A stretch of 64,000 bases of DNA. Source: Antedon mediterranea (Eukaryota > Animalia > Echinodermata). Where the stretch lies: assembly GCF_964355755.1 (NCBI RefSeq), contig NC_092672.1, forward strand, positions 2,232,001-2,296,000, given 5' to 3'. Positions 1 through 11,914 of the stretch are shown here, piece by piece (position 1 is the first letter of the stretch; each line of letters opens with the position of its first letter). A program made the translations under genes and the position numbers. Below the pieces are notes generated by a model that was given only the letters and a program-made list of their open reading frames with translations, was not told the DNA's origin and did no database searches.

Positions 1-241
1 TACAACCAAAGCTTGTAGTAGTAAATATTGAACTTATGACCCTGTCTTGGGAATGGAAGTGTAGCGGTGACATCATTACATTAATGTGTAACATACATTC
101 TAACATTCTAAATGTTAATGTGATTATATTACTATTAGGACATGTTTCAGCATCAGATCACTTATTTTAGTATACATCCAAATTTGTTACAATTTACATA
201 CAGAAAATGGGGTTTTTTTTCAAAATTCAATTATATCTTTA

Positions 242-502
242 AAGCTCTGTTTACACTATCAAACTTTATGCGACAAAAAAATGTAATGTGCCCATATGCA
301 TACATGATTATGTCATATTACGACGATATTTGGGCGTATCACTACAATATTTGGGCACATCACAGTTTTTGTCAAATTAGTTTGATAGTGTTCAGTTCAG
401 TCTCCTAACCCCTAATAGGGCTGTTGAGGCACCACTGACTTTTGGACAATCCTCCTCCATTGATCTCTGTCCTCTGTAGCTTTGATAGTGTAGACAGAGC
501 TT
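242..502. mobile_element. MITE family A copy (PIF/Harbinger-like) with a nested retroposon fragment in its right TIR
   Basis: TIR AGCTCTGT(C)TACACTATCAAACT...TTTGATAGTGTAGACAGAGCT; TAA flanks; internal 21-bp subrepeat. Confidence 0.85.
392..480 (-). mobile_element. 5'-truncated RTE-like LINE 3' end (89 bp)
   Basis: Minus strand reads ATEDRDQWRRIVQKSVVPQQPY* (DRxxWRxxV, typical RTE ORF C-terminus), then an ACTGA-repeat tail. 11-bp direct repeat TTTGATAGTGT at 381-391 and 481-491. Confidence 0.7.
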
Positions 503-2476
503 AATATACATAGTAACAACGGATTTACCATTTGCAGTATTTAAATAATATTAACAATATTTTGCAATGGTGACCATTAGTCTTAAGTTCAAATTTAGCT
601 GAAGTAAAGGAGGTGGGATTATGTCAGAGCACGAGATTACTTGGTCAAAGGAATTATCGAAGACCTGTGACGTATCCTCTATCAGCTGATTTGCCTAAAA
701 CATTACGATATCATCATATTTTCTTAATTGAATCGAGAAGAAACGAAAGGAGGTCCCTAATTGATATGTAGATCACATTATTGATCCGTACACTATGCAT
801 GACAATTAGCACACAAAATAATAGATGCCAAAATCCTCATACAGCCTTGTATTGATGAAGCTAGCTCCATCTGATCAGCATATTAATAATTATTCTTTGA
901 AAACTCAAAAGCTTCTTATAGAAGCGTTAACCTTTAGAACGGCAAATATTGCAATGGATGACAAACTACACTTAATATAATTGGATTCTTTTTATTAGCA
1001 ATGAAAAAAATAAAAAAACAAAGTCTGAGGAGGCAAGGAATGACCACAGTTTAAAATAAAACTTTGGTCGGTCACTCCTAGTTACTAATCACAGTGGGTA
1101 TGTGATCCTGGGGTGCGTCTCTGGGGGTGTGTCACAGGGATGTGTTTACATTGGTAAAAATATTGCCAGACTTCAAGGAATAAAAAAAAATGTAGTATCC
1201 AACACTATAAGACATATTAAGAGTGATAGCTATTTTCCATCTATTATTTTTTATTCATCCTTTATTCATCCTTTATTCATCATAAGAAATTATAAAATTA
1301 CAGGATTCGAACATTAAACAAAAATTAAAAAATGTCTCGAAACAAAATAAAAATTTCATCCTTGAATAAAAAAATAAAAAAAGCTAACATATCAAACACA
1401 GTAAATTGTCGTCGTCGTATTCTGCCAGTTATACTAACAATTCTCAACAACAATGCTAATGATTACAGAATTAATGACACATGATTATTTGGTCATATTT
1501 ATATATGGTGCGAGTTATTCTTACAACGTTTGATTACATTCGATGGCATTTCTCAGAAGACTCGTTTTGACGATGCAAGTCATAAATGAAAACAATCACA
1601 TCCTGATGCTAAAAAACATCATTTACAACCGGGTAACATTCACAGTCGCTCAAGGAAATGGCCGAGATGGTCATGTGATATGTGCATAATTACTTTAGTG
1701 GACGCTGCAGCTACAAGTTGAACAAGATAAGCTAGACAGAGGCTGTTTACAGAAAAAATGTCTATTTAAAATAAATTTTTTCTGTAACCTGAACAGTGAT
1801 GGGAAAACTATTAAAAATACTGTACTTTTAGTTACTGCTATTTTGTAAATATACTAATATTCATAATTGAATCTTAAGCAATCTTTGGTAGCTTATGAAT
1901 GCAAAAATTATGGTTAATTATTTTGGCCTACAGCAGTCACTTGTTTTACAAATAAAAATACGAAATTCCAAAAGTTCCCCAAATTTGTTCAACTGAAAAA
2001 AATGGTGGAAATTCACAATTCTTTCACATTATTATTATTATTTAAAAAAAAAAAATTTTTTTAAACCCATAAAAACCGGACATTTTGGGCCAAGCCCAAT
2101 AATGAATCAGGAAATTAGACTATATTTTTAGAATTTAGAAAAATATGGCTACTGATTTTTTTTCCCAGAAAAATCAGCCTTGATTATTTAATGTTTTACA
2201 TAGACAAATAAAGCAAGGTCTTGTGCTAACAAAAGAGCTATTGACTATCATAATCCATCCACAATACAATAAATGCTAATAGTCTACTATTTGTTGAACA
2301 AGCTTTGTCTCAAGTGAATTGAGAATCCTGGTACACATCCAAGAAATGCAAACTTGTCTCATATGAAAAATTTGATTAGCATAGCAATAATAATTGCAGA
2401 TAAGAATGACCTGAAATCACAGTGTGGAACATGTCGTTTTGTTCTGCAGTTTTTGCAAATATTTTATGAATGTGAA

Positions 2477-2801
2477 AGATGTATTGTCCCCAAAAACATG
2501 AAAAATGAAGATTAATAAAATCAGACTTTGAATATGTTATTTTGTAGTTTTAATAAAGTTAATCACTTCCATAGAAAAAAAACAAAAAAAATAATGTTTT
2601 CACTTATAAAATGACAAAATAAATGGTTAAATTCAACCAAAAATCCATTGTCTGGCAGCCAATTTGACCATTTTTTGCTTTAAATTACATTTTTTCAGGT
2701 AAATATCAAATTTGTGGTCGAAGTGGATAACTATCATGTCACATTAAAATGGAATATTCAACAAATTTTAAAAAGAATTATTTTTTCAGGGGGACAATAC
2801 T
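2477..2801. mobile_element. Kolobok-like MITE (family C)
   Basis: Termini AGATGTATTGTCCCC...GGGGACAATAC(A)T next to TTAA. Related copies at ~26683-26968, 33927-34432; partial at ~7950-8130 and ~51050-51180. Confidence 0.65.
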
Positions 2802-2803
2802 TT

Positions 2804-3188
2804 AAGCTCTGTCTTTCCTATCAAACTAATTTGATATTAACCCAAATATGGTAGTGATACTGATATGCTCAAATATGGTGATATGACATCATCATGTCCA
2901 TATATGGGCACATGACATTTTTTTGTCACATAAAGTTTGACAATAATAATAATAAAAACTTTATTTAATCACGGTAACACTTGTTCACCTCAATGGTGTT
3001 TTTCGACAAGGTCGCAAGACATTATACACAAATCAAATTTAACAATTAAACAATTAACAACAAGAGTTTATCTTAATTTACACTTAAATTAGAATGAATT
3101 AAAATTTTACAATAGATTGTAAAAGCCAAATTTACAAAAGAAATAAACATCAAAATGAACAGAGCATAAGTCTAGTGTAGACAGAGCT
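2804..3188. mobile_element. MITE family A copy with ~230-bp retro-like insert splitting the right TIR
   Basis: Right TIR split as AAAGTTTGA (..2940) / TAGTGTAGACAGAGCT (3173..). On the minus strand the insert ends in AATAAA plus (TTA)n, like a LINE 3' tail. Confidence 0.75.
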
Positions 3189-3828
3189 ACTGTATAGTAT
3201 CTAGTTGTGTATCATTACCAAAATACTGTATCACTATCACCAGGTTTTCCTTCTCGTGTCACTATGGTAACCATGCAGGGGGTATTTTGGTAACTATTTT
3301 ATAGCTAGTAGAACAATTTTTTTACAAATTGTTTTCAAGGTCTTGAGAACAGGAGAGGTTAATTTATTAGCATGACAAGACCTGAAAACAACTTTGTTTT
3401 TATTGTCAACAGATTGTGAACAATATGTTGTTTTTCTTGGATTATCATTTCATAATGTAGTATATTACCTTGAGCTGTTGTGTCAATTTATAGGTCATTT
3501 TTTGACTTTCATCACAAAAAAAGGAATTTACAAAACATTATCTATGCCAATTAACCGACTTCCAAATAAATCTTAAATTGGCTAGCAGAAAATTAGGTGC
3601 TACATTAGATGATATACAACCATCTTCTTTATCAAGCATTAAACAATTATTTTTTTTTTATTAAATAACATTCTTGTTTTTTTTTATATTTTGATTCAAT
3701 TTTAAATCATTTAATCAGAATACATATTACACATACAGTAATCTTGAGTCTGTTAATTGAAATTTAAAAAAAAAAGGTAAATTTAAACATTTATATTTAA
3801 ATTTACCTTTTTTTTAAATTATTCAATA

Positions 3829-4725
3829 CCGTATTTTTCGGAGTATAGGTCGAGACTTTGTGGGAAAATTTGAATTGCAAAATCGGGGGGTCGACTTATA
3901 CTCCGACCATGCGATTTTTGAAAAAAATCAGGCCGAAAAAATATGTTCAAAAGCCGTCAGCTGTCAAGGCCCAGCAAGGTCAGTGGCCTATCATCAATCA
4001 CTCACAGAAGTTTTCAATTTAATACCTACATTGTACAAAATAATACAACTCCAACAAGTACTGGTCAATAAAATATTAATATATCACAATGACTCATTTT
4101 GATGTTAATACTACGCTTTTAAGATAATTAAGAATAAATAGTTTTCTTTATGCTTCTTATTCACTCTCGCGAAAACATCGTAACACACACCACAGACGTC
4201 GGAATGTCCATGCAGCATGTTTGTTAATTGCGCGATATTTTCATCTATACACATGCGCAGTTTGTTTGTTTGTTCGTAATTACAATTACTGCGCATGTCT
4301 ATTCATAAAATAAATTCTCCTTAGTCGGACGCGTGTACATTTACAGATAACGCGATTTACAACTACTCGCCTATACAATTAATAAGCCTCCTAACGGAAA
4401 ACTCGTTTTAATTTATTCGAGTGACGCGAAAAACATCGCTGATGGCAAGTAACGCTACATCGCTGTCATTTATTATAGGCTGGTGAAGACGGCGGCGAAG
4501 TCTTCGTCATTACGTCCGTCCGATATTGATTAGGCCTACACTTTAATAATATAAACAAACAACCACATTTCATACATTTCTAGCCCTCTTTGAACTTTAA
4601 AGTTGTGTTATTAGCCGATTTTGGGGGTCGACTTATATTCAGGTCATACCAAAATCAACGATATTCTAGGCCAAAGTTGGGGGTCGACTTATACTTGGGG
4701 TCGACCTATACTCCGGAAAATACGG
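3829..4725. mobile_element. Non-autonomous Tc1/mariner (pogo/Tigger-like) element
   Basis: TA TSD; 24-bp TIR CCGTATTTT(T/C)CGGAGTATAGGTCG with one mismatch; subterminal GGGGTCGACTTATA repeats; no transposase ORF. Confidence 0.88.
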
Positions 4726-6909
4726 TATTGCCCTTTGATTTATGAGTAAATGAATGAATTGCAGTAAAAACTAAACAATGTACAGTAGGCTTGAGATGTC
4801 AGTCATCATAATATTATTCTATGTTCATTCCCAATGCCACTTCAGGAAAAGAGAAGAATTTACAGTAGCCCACCATACTGTATACATTTGCAAGAAAAAA
4901 AAATATATTTCTTACTTTCGGAAATAAAAATCACTGATTGAATGAGATGAAATTGCGCTTATTATATATCGTCGTCATAGTAACAGTCATCATAATAAAT
5001 TATACTGTAATATTTTATACACTTTTACAGGTGTGTGTGTGTGTGTGTGCGTGTGAATTGCTTGGCTGAAGGACTAAATCTCTTATTAACTACTGTAGTT
5101 TCATTGTGTTCTTGTTAATTGATTTCATTGCAATCTGTATTTTTTGTATATAGTACATACATTTACACAGAAACCAACAGGAGCATTAAAATATTCAGAC
5201 AAAAACCAGTAGTAAGTGATTTGAGGGAGCTTCTAAAATGCTGTATACTAAAAAAATCAGATTTAGGTATACTGTACTTTTAATTTAAAAAAAAAAGGCT
5301 TTATTTACAGTAGTCTATAGTACAGTTAGCTACATACAACAAATGACTGTTTATAAGACAAAGTTAGAAGAACAGTACAAAGTACAGGCTAACGGTGGTG
5401 GTGCTGTAAATGAGTGGCGCATACATGAGTGCCGCTTACAGTACTGAACCTGGATAAACCGACATAACCTTTCTCCCGCCAAAGAAAGGAATACAATAAA
5501 AAGCAGACACCCTTTATCACAAAATAGTATAGTCCGCCAAACCACGCCCTCTACAGTAGTATGCCTCCTACTTCAAATTCAGATCTCTAAGGCTTGTATA
5601 AATATTAAATCAATTAACATGAAAATGCTTTTTACATGTTTGTACCAACAATTTATTACATGATACATTAGGTAAGATTTTATGCGCGACTTGAGTGTAG
5701 AGGCCTCCTCATTTCTACTGATTTTTATAACTAAACATGTAACTGATAGAGCAGACAGAGCTTTCTTTAGTATTTGGCAGCCACCCTAGCTTTTTATCAA
5801 TTCACAGACACTGTACATCAACTATATTACATAGATATAGTCTCACAACTTAAATACAATCTACAACATTTTAAATACGGATAAATTATTAAATGCATTG
5901 AACTGATTCATGATTACTTTGTAAGATATGAAGGTTGGAGACATAGTGATCAAATCTGATTGGCTGAGACAATTAATAAATACCAGAGCGTGATTATTTT
6001 AATTAGGCAAGACAATTAACAAACACTACACAATTTTCAATTTTTCTAATGCCAAGTTTTACATATTTATTTCTGGCATTGTTCACCAAGCTTTCTTTAT
6101 AGAAACAAAAATCTAACAAAATAAAAGTTGCTAAAATATGCACTTTATAAAATATGAACTTTATTAAATTTGCACTTTTATACAATTGATGAGATTGCCA
6201 ACCTCAAATTATTTATTTAAGGTCTGCAATACATTTTCCCTGGTTGTATGACAAATTATTAATATAATATCTATTTATCTATCATTATCCGCATAGTGTT
6301 TACATTATTCGCTTTTGAAATTGATGAAAAGTCGCCGGACGCAATTTGGTTGAAACTGAGGCGACGATTTTTGTTAATTATGTTCACAAGACATGCGCAT
6401 TTGAACATTTTTTGGGTTGTTTGCGATGACGCAATGCATAATTTACGCAAATCTTAGCCTAGGCTAGCTAGGTCTTCGCAAATCTAAGGCTCATGTGTTA
6501 AGTGTGGGCTGAGTTTTTTTGCATATGATGCAACGCCCAATTGCATTGGCAACAGTCAACACCCAACGTTTTTTTATTTTATTAATATTACTACGCTAGC
6601 TAGGCCTAGCTAGCCTTTTATTTAGTACCAAAAAATGAAGTTAAGAGGTCTATACGTAGTGACATTGCTTTAGACCGGTTTAGAACAATTTAGCGGTATG
6701 GTAAAGTTACAGTATCTTTGAATATAGGGCTAGGCCTAAAGCAAGGCCCTACGATGAAAAGGGGCTCGGCACCTGCTGGGATTATTGAGAGGGTTCGGCA
6801 ATCTACCGTCCTCACCGTTCACCTCGCACTCGAGTCGCGAACACATCCAACGCCCTCGGGGTAACGCGAATGCCAGCGCTTAGAATGATGCTAATACCAT
6901 TATACTTAC

Positions 6910-7028
6910 ACAACCATGCCATAGGCTCCTTCCCCAATGTAATTTAGCCCAGAGTATTCAGGGCCAACATCAAATACTTGTCCCCTGACAATTTCAGTAC
7001 CTGGTCGTGTAGGACAGAAAGTAGCCAT
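6910..7028 (-). CDS. MAPK1: ERK1/2 MAP kinase, first coding exon (remaining exons outside the window, to the left)
   Basis: Translates [39 protein letters not shown](V), matching the ERK N-terminus [23 protein letters not shown] with the Gly-rich loop. 119 bp, then a phase-2 GTAAGT donor at the position of vertebrate ERK intron 1. No exon 2 found in 1-6900. Confidence 0.95.
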
Positions 7029-7060
7029 TTTGACAGCGCTATGAACTTCCTATATTTTAG

Positions 7061-7556
7061 CAAAGAACTTATAACACAAGAATCTCCTGTTCTTCAATTT
7101 TGCATTCAAAACACAGTATCGGAAGTACAGGGTTAAAAGGTCAAACTGGGCGACGCCATTTCACAGCATGGAGCAGCGCCCCCTCCAAACTAGGAAGTCA
7201 ATTACTCTACCCCCCTAGAGCATTAGCAGAACCCCTCTATGATTTTGACTTTCTAATTTGATGCGGGCGCCCTACTCCTCAGTCAATTACTCTATACCCC
7301 CTAGAGCATTAGCAGAACCCCTCTATGATTTTGACTTTCTAATTTGATGCGGGCGCCCTACTCCTCAGTCAATTACTCTATACCCCCTAGAGCATTAGCA
7401 GAACCCCTCTATGATTTTGACTTTCTAATTTGATGCGGGCGCCCTACTCCATGGCTCACAATGGCGCCACCCATAGCTCTATTCTATCCCACAATGCCTT
7501 TCGAAATTGTTACGCGCTTCGGACGAACAGGAGATTCTTGTGTTATAAGTTCTTTG
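7061..7556. mobile_element. P-element-like MITE
   Basis: Perfect 32-bp TIR CAAAGAACTTATAACACAAGAATCTCCTGTTC (7061-7092 / 7525-7556); 7-bp TSD ATTTTAG; CA..TG termini. Confidence 0.85.
7196..7450. repeat. 3 x ~85-bp tandem repeat inside the P-like MITE
   Basis: Units start at 7196, 7281 and 7367 (AGTCAATTACTCTA...GCGCCCTACTCC). Confidence 0.95.
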
Positions 7557-7579
7557 ATTTTAGCAGCAAGTCTTATATT

Positions 7580-7665
7580 CAGACCATTGGTAGATTTATA
7601 GCACGTGATTTCTACGTACGAATCATTGACGTCATTAGTCGCACTACAGAGGGCCAATCGATTGA
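7580..7665 (-). promoter_or_regulatory. Putative ERK proximal promoter motifs
   Basis: ATTGG 7586-90, E-box CACGTG 7602-07, full CRE TGACGTCA 7627-34 and CCAAT 7654-58 within 80 bp upstream of the ERK ATG. Confidence 0.55.
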
Positions 7666-8343
7666 AAGAACTCGATAAATACATTTTTTTCTAGAAAACT
7701 TTTCATGGTATTATGAACTTATGATGTATAATATTTCATTTAAAGTTTGAAACTACCATACGTTGTTAGAATTAAAGGTAATTTTAAAATGCTGAATGCT
7801 TTTTTAAAGTTGCACCCTGTCCTCATCATGCCTCATCTTGCTAAACCTGGAGAGAGAGGTTTCTCCTGATGGCCACACCCATCCTCTTCGTCCACTCATC
7901 CTGAATTGTAATTATAATATACAGTATGAATATTAAAATATTATTGCAATGTTCCCAAAAAAACATGAAAAATGAAGATCATAAAAAAAAGAACTTTGTA
8001 ATAGGCAATCTTTCATTCTTTAATTATGTTAATCACTTCCGCGTAGAAAAAAAAAATGTTCACTTATAAAAAGACAAAAAACGGTTAAAAATTCAATCAA
8101 AAACCCATTGACTTCCCGTCAAATTTACTATTTCTTAAATTATCGTGGGATTCGAACCAACCACCTCCAGATCGGTGGTCACTAGCTGGATAGATGAACA
8201 CCATATTACAATTATTGTGATGACAAGATAACTATGATACTAACTTCATATCATCACAATGGTAATATGGTACAACAATAGCATAACGTACAATTACGTC
8301 AGAGTAGGGCAAAAAACTGACCAATTAACTAGTTCTCCCTGTA

Positions 8344-8543
8344 AAGCGTGGTTCCCACTAGCGACGCAACGCAAGGACGTAACGCAACGCAAGCGAATTG
8401 ACCAATCACAAGCGATGGCTTATTCGCTTTTGATTGCTAACTGTCTATAACTTCGCTTGTCATTGGTTAAAACGCTTGCGTTGCGTTTACGTCCTTGCGT
8501 TACGTTTACGTCCTTGCGTTACGTTCTAGTGGGAACCAAGCTT
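8344..8543. mobile_element. MITE family B (Harbinger-like)
   Basis: TIR AGC(G/T)TGGTTCCCACTAG...CTAGTGGGAACCAAGCT; internal ACGCAA repeats; TWA flanks. Confidence 0.85.
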
Positions 8544-8933
8544 TAGGTTCGAAGTAGTTAATTATCATCCCTCCTTCTCTAAACAAACACACAAGACAAT
8601 GCATTCAACTTTAGAATAACTTTATTGCATTTCAACACTCTGTTACTATCAACACTTAAGATTGTGAATGTTAGCACACATTGTGTAACTTGGCTCCCAC
8701 TTGGTGGTGGTAGGCGCAACGCAAGTCAGTTTGGATAATCCAAGCGGCATCATGATTGGTAAAAATGCTTGCAGTGCGATTAGGCCTACTATACGCCAAT
8801 GTGTTGCGCGTGTCCAAATTAAGTGGTTAAGTTAAATGGGAACGAAGCTTTGGAAAAGAGCATCGGAGAAAGAATCTATTTCTCTCCATGGGAAGAGTTA
8901 CATGAAACTAAATTTTGCTTCTCGTGGTGTTTT

Positions 8934-9092
8934 AAGCTTGGTTCCCACTAGAACGCAACGACGTAGACGCAACGCAAGCGAGTTGACCAATGACAAGCGA
9001 CAGTTTGAATAATTCATTGCTTGTGATTGTTGGTCAAAACCATTGCGTTGCGTTACGTCGTTGTGTTGCGTCTCTAGTGAGGGAACCACGCT
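8934..9092. mobile_element. MITE family B copy
   Basis: Same TIR and ACGCAAC repeats. Degenerate copies at ~8688-8850 and ~9351-9465. Confidence 0.8.
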
Positions 9093-9763
9093 GAAAGACA
9101 AGCTTAAATGGGAGAAGAAAAGCTTAACACATTTCTATAATAACAGTTACCCGTATTCTTAAAAAATGGACGGAAATTACCAATTTGAAGATGCTGACAA
9201 GATAGTGAAATATCAAGTTAGAAAAAGTAACAATCGTAACAAGAAAACTGATGGTTTGTCAAAAACTGGGAAAACCTACAGATTTGACATGCAGTGTAAA
9301 CAATGAGAACTACTACTGTATTATTATGTGTTACGATGTGTGGAACTTTCAAGCTTTCCTATAACGCAACGGATCCGTAAGCGCAACTCAATGTTATACC
9401 AAAATGGATAATTCAACCCGATTGCATTGCGCTTCAACGTCTTTGCGTTGCGTCCTAGTGAGAACTCTCTCTATATATGTTATCAATTCGGAGCCTGTTG
9501 GTAAAAATGTAAACTTAATCGTATTTTATGGAAAGCAAATTAGTCATAGTAATTTATGGGGAAAATCGTGGCTTTCGGAGTAAGCATACATATAATTCCG
9601 AACTGACCTAAACATGAACTTATAAATGAATACTGTTACACATTCCTACACGCTGAAATCATGTATGACTATACATTTATATAGTTCCGTTAATGATATA
9701 TAAACGTAGCAAATTATTCTAACGAGACTACAGCACAGTGGTTCATTCCAAGAAGTAGGTCTC

Positions 9764-10196
9764 AAGCTTAGTTCTCTACGACGTAGGTGCAACGAAACGA
9801 CGTAGGGGGAAACCCAACGACGTAGAGCCAACGCAACGACGTAGGGGCAACGAAACGACGTAGAGCCAACGCAACGACGTAGGGGTGCAATGAAACGACG
9901 TAGAGGCAATGAAACGACGTAGAGGCAACGCAACGACGTAGGGGTGCAACGAAACGACGTAGAGGCAACCGTAACGACGTAGGGGCGCAACGAAACGACG
10001 TAAGCGTGGTTCCCACTAGCGACGCAATGACGAATAATCACTTGTGATTGGTCAGATCACTTTGCGTTGCGTTACTTCCTTGCGTTGCGTCCTAGTAGGA
10101 AACAAACTTCGTGCAACGACGTAGGGAAACGGAAGTGAGTCGACCAATCACAATCGGCTGTTCGAGTGTTCCATCGCGTCGTGATTGGTCACATTC
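9764..10196. repeat. Family-B-related element with expanded ~19-21-bp array and a nested family B copy (10002-10108)
   Basis: About 12 units of GCAACG(A/C)AACGACGTAG(A/G)G at 9778-10002, interrupted by AAGCGTGGTTCCCACTAG...CTAGTAGGAAAC. Confidence 0.8.
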
Positions 10197-10590
10197 AATT
10201 CAATTCATCGACATTTTTATTCCATAATCAAAAATAAAAACATATACAAATACAATACAAATAATAAGATAATGGAATGGGATACAAAATAAGCACAAGT
10301 GCTTTAAGCATGTAACCCTAACAAAAAGATCAAACAATTAGTACAAACAAAAAGAACAAACCAAAATAACATAATGTGATTTACTTAACTTAAATATTTC
10401 TATTGTTATAATATTGCTTTAATCTCTGTTTAAACAAACTTAAAGTGGGGGATTGTTTTATATAGTCTGTTAAATTGTTCCAAATATGTGTTCCTTGGTA
10501 GGAAATACATTGCTGTCCGACTTTGGTGCGTTTTAGTTGTGGACAGTAGTTTGACCTGTTTCTAGTTGAGTAATTATGGAATGAGGCAGA
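10197..10590 (-). mobile_element. 5'-truncated CR1/L2-group LINE 3' end
   Basis: Minus strand: HNYSTRNRSNYCPQLKRTKVGQQCISYQGTHIWNNLTDYIKQSPTLSLFKQRLKQYYNNRNI* (HxYxTR..WNxL..FKxxLK), stop at 10390, then 3' UTR, AATAAA and a GAATT-repeat tail. Confidence 0.85.
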
Positions 10591-11914
10591 TAAAATACAT
10601 TAAACATTACAAACATTGCAAACTATGTACAATTAATTAAGCCTCCTTTGTAATAAACTATGTTATACTTAGCAAACACATTTTAATATTGCACTTTTAA
10701 AATAACATCATACCAATTGTTGTATATAAAAGAAGTAGAAAGAGCATGTAAAAACAAATAATCATTCGTTTTTTTCAGTATTTTACCTGGCCACCTGGAT
10801 ATGCAAATTGTGTTTTTAAATTGTATTCATATCTTGGCTCACTAATGTGTGGTAACACCATATTAGGCCCGATAAATGATTCCTGCAGAATTTTTCAAAA
10901 AGCTGATGGAACCTTTCGTTTTACCATGCACCTTACCCGATAATTATCTTATTCAAATTATCAGATAAATGCGATAAATTTTAACCTTTGACCTGAAGGA
11001 AAAATTATTACGCTGTGATTGGACACTAGGTTGTTCAGTAACGATTGATTCGATCATACACATTTTATTTTTTATGAATATCTGATTGGTTACAAAATTA
11101 ATTGATAATTTGCGTTATGGCTGCGGAAACACAAAGTTTCAGCAAGCAAGTATTCAAATTATTGAAAATTCCTCAACTATACTATTTGTAAGATATTCCA
11201 AGTTCAAATGCAAAACTGAAACCACCAACAACAAGTGAGAGATACCAATCACTTGGATAAAAAATGGAATTGCTTTCGATCTACATCTTAAATATACAAC
11301 TAATATCTAAATTCTAAATATGCTATTTACAATATTATCTCAATAAACAATTTTAAACACTCCTAAATATTCAAACATAAATGGCAACAACATAGGAAGA
11401 AATTTACGAGCAGCCTTGTAAATAGACACACATTAATATTATTATACTAGCAGCCTTGTAAATAGACACACATTAGTAATATTGGTAATTATGTACAATA
11501 TTTATCAATACAAAATTAAACAGTGTTTTATCTACAGATTAAATATATATTCAATCAATTACTATAATATCTTTAATAAAAATATATCAATACAATATAT
11601 CAATTGCCAAATAGATTTTCATTCTTAAATAATGTTTCAATTCAATTTTTGTATATTGGTTAAAGATTAAACATAGACTCTCTTTACTTCTCATCTCCAA
11701 TTATTTCTTTCTTTCTTTAATTCTCCTCATCTTCCTCTTCCCCCCGCCCCCATTATTTGTTTCTTTACTCCTCCTCCTCTCTCGTCATTTCTTTGTTTAC
11801 TCCTCCTCCCCATTATTTAATTATTTACTCCTCATCTTCCACCTCCTTGTTTTCCTCCTCTCCCTCCTCCACCTCCCCCAATCATTTTCTTTCTTTAATC
11901 CTCCTTCTTTCCCA

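Noticed and set aside
3761-3820. AT-rich palindrome
   Set aside because: Short and almost all A/T, with no TSD or family support.
5343-5450. 34-codon ORF (MTVYKTKLEEQY...) overlapping a GTGCTGTAA..TTACAGTAC hairpin
   Set aside because: No recognised homology. The hairpin is too short for a pre-miRNA and lacks SECIS or IRE geometry. It is antisense within ERK intron 1.
9646-10041. Arg/Val-rich ORFs
   Set aside because: Translations of the MITE-derived tandem array.
11690-11914. Purine-rich (minus strand) GAG/GAA stretch as a possible KIF12 coding extension
   Set aside because: It follows the in-frame TGA and has further stops; low-complexity 3' UTR.
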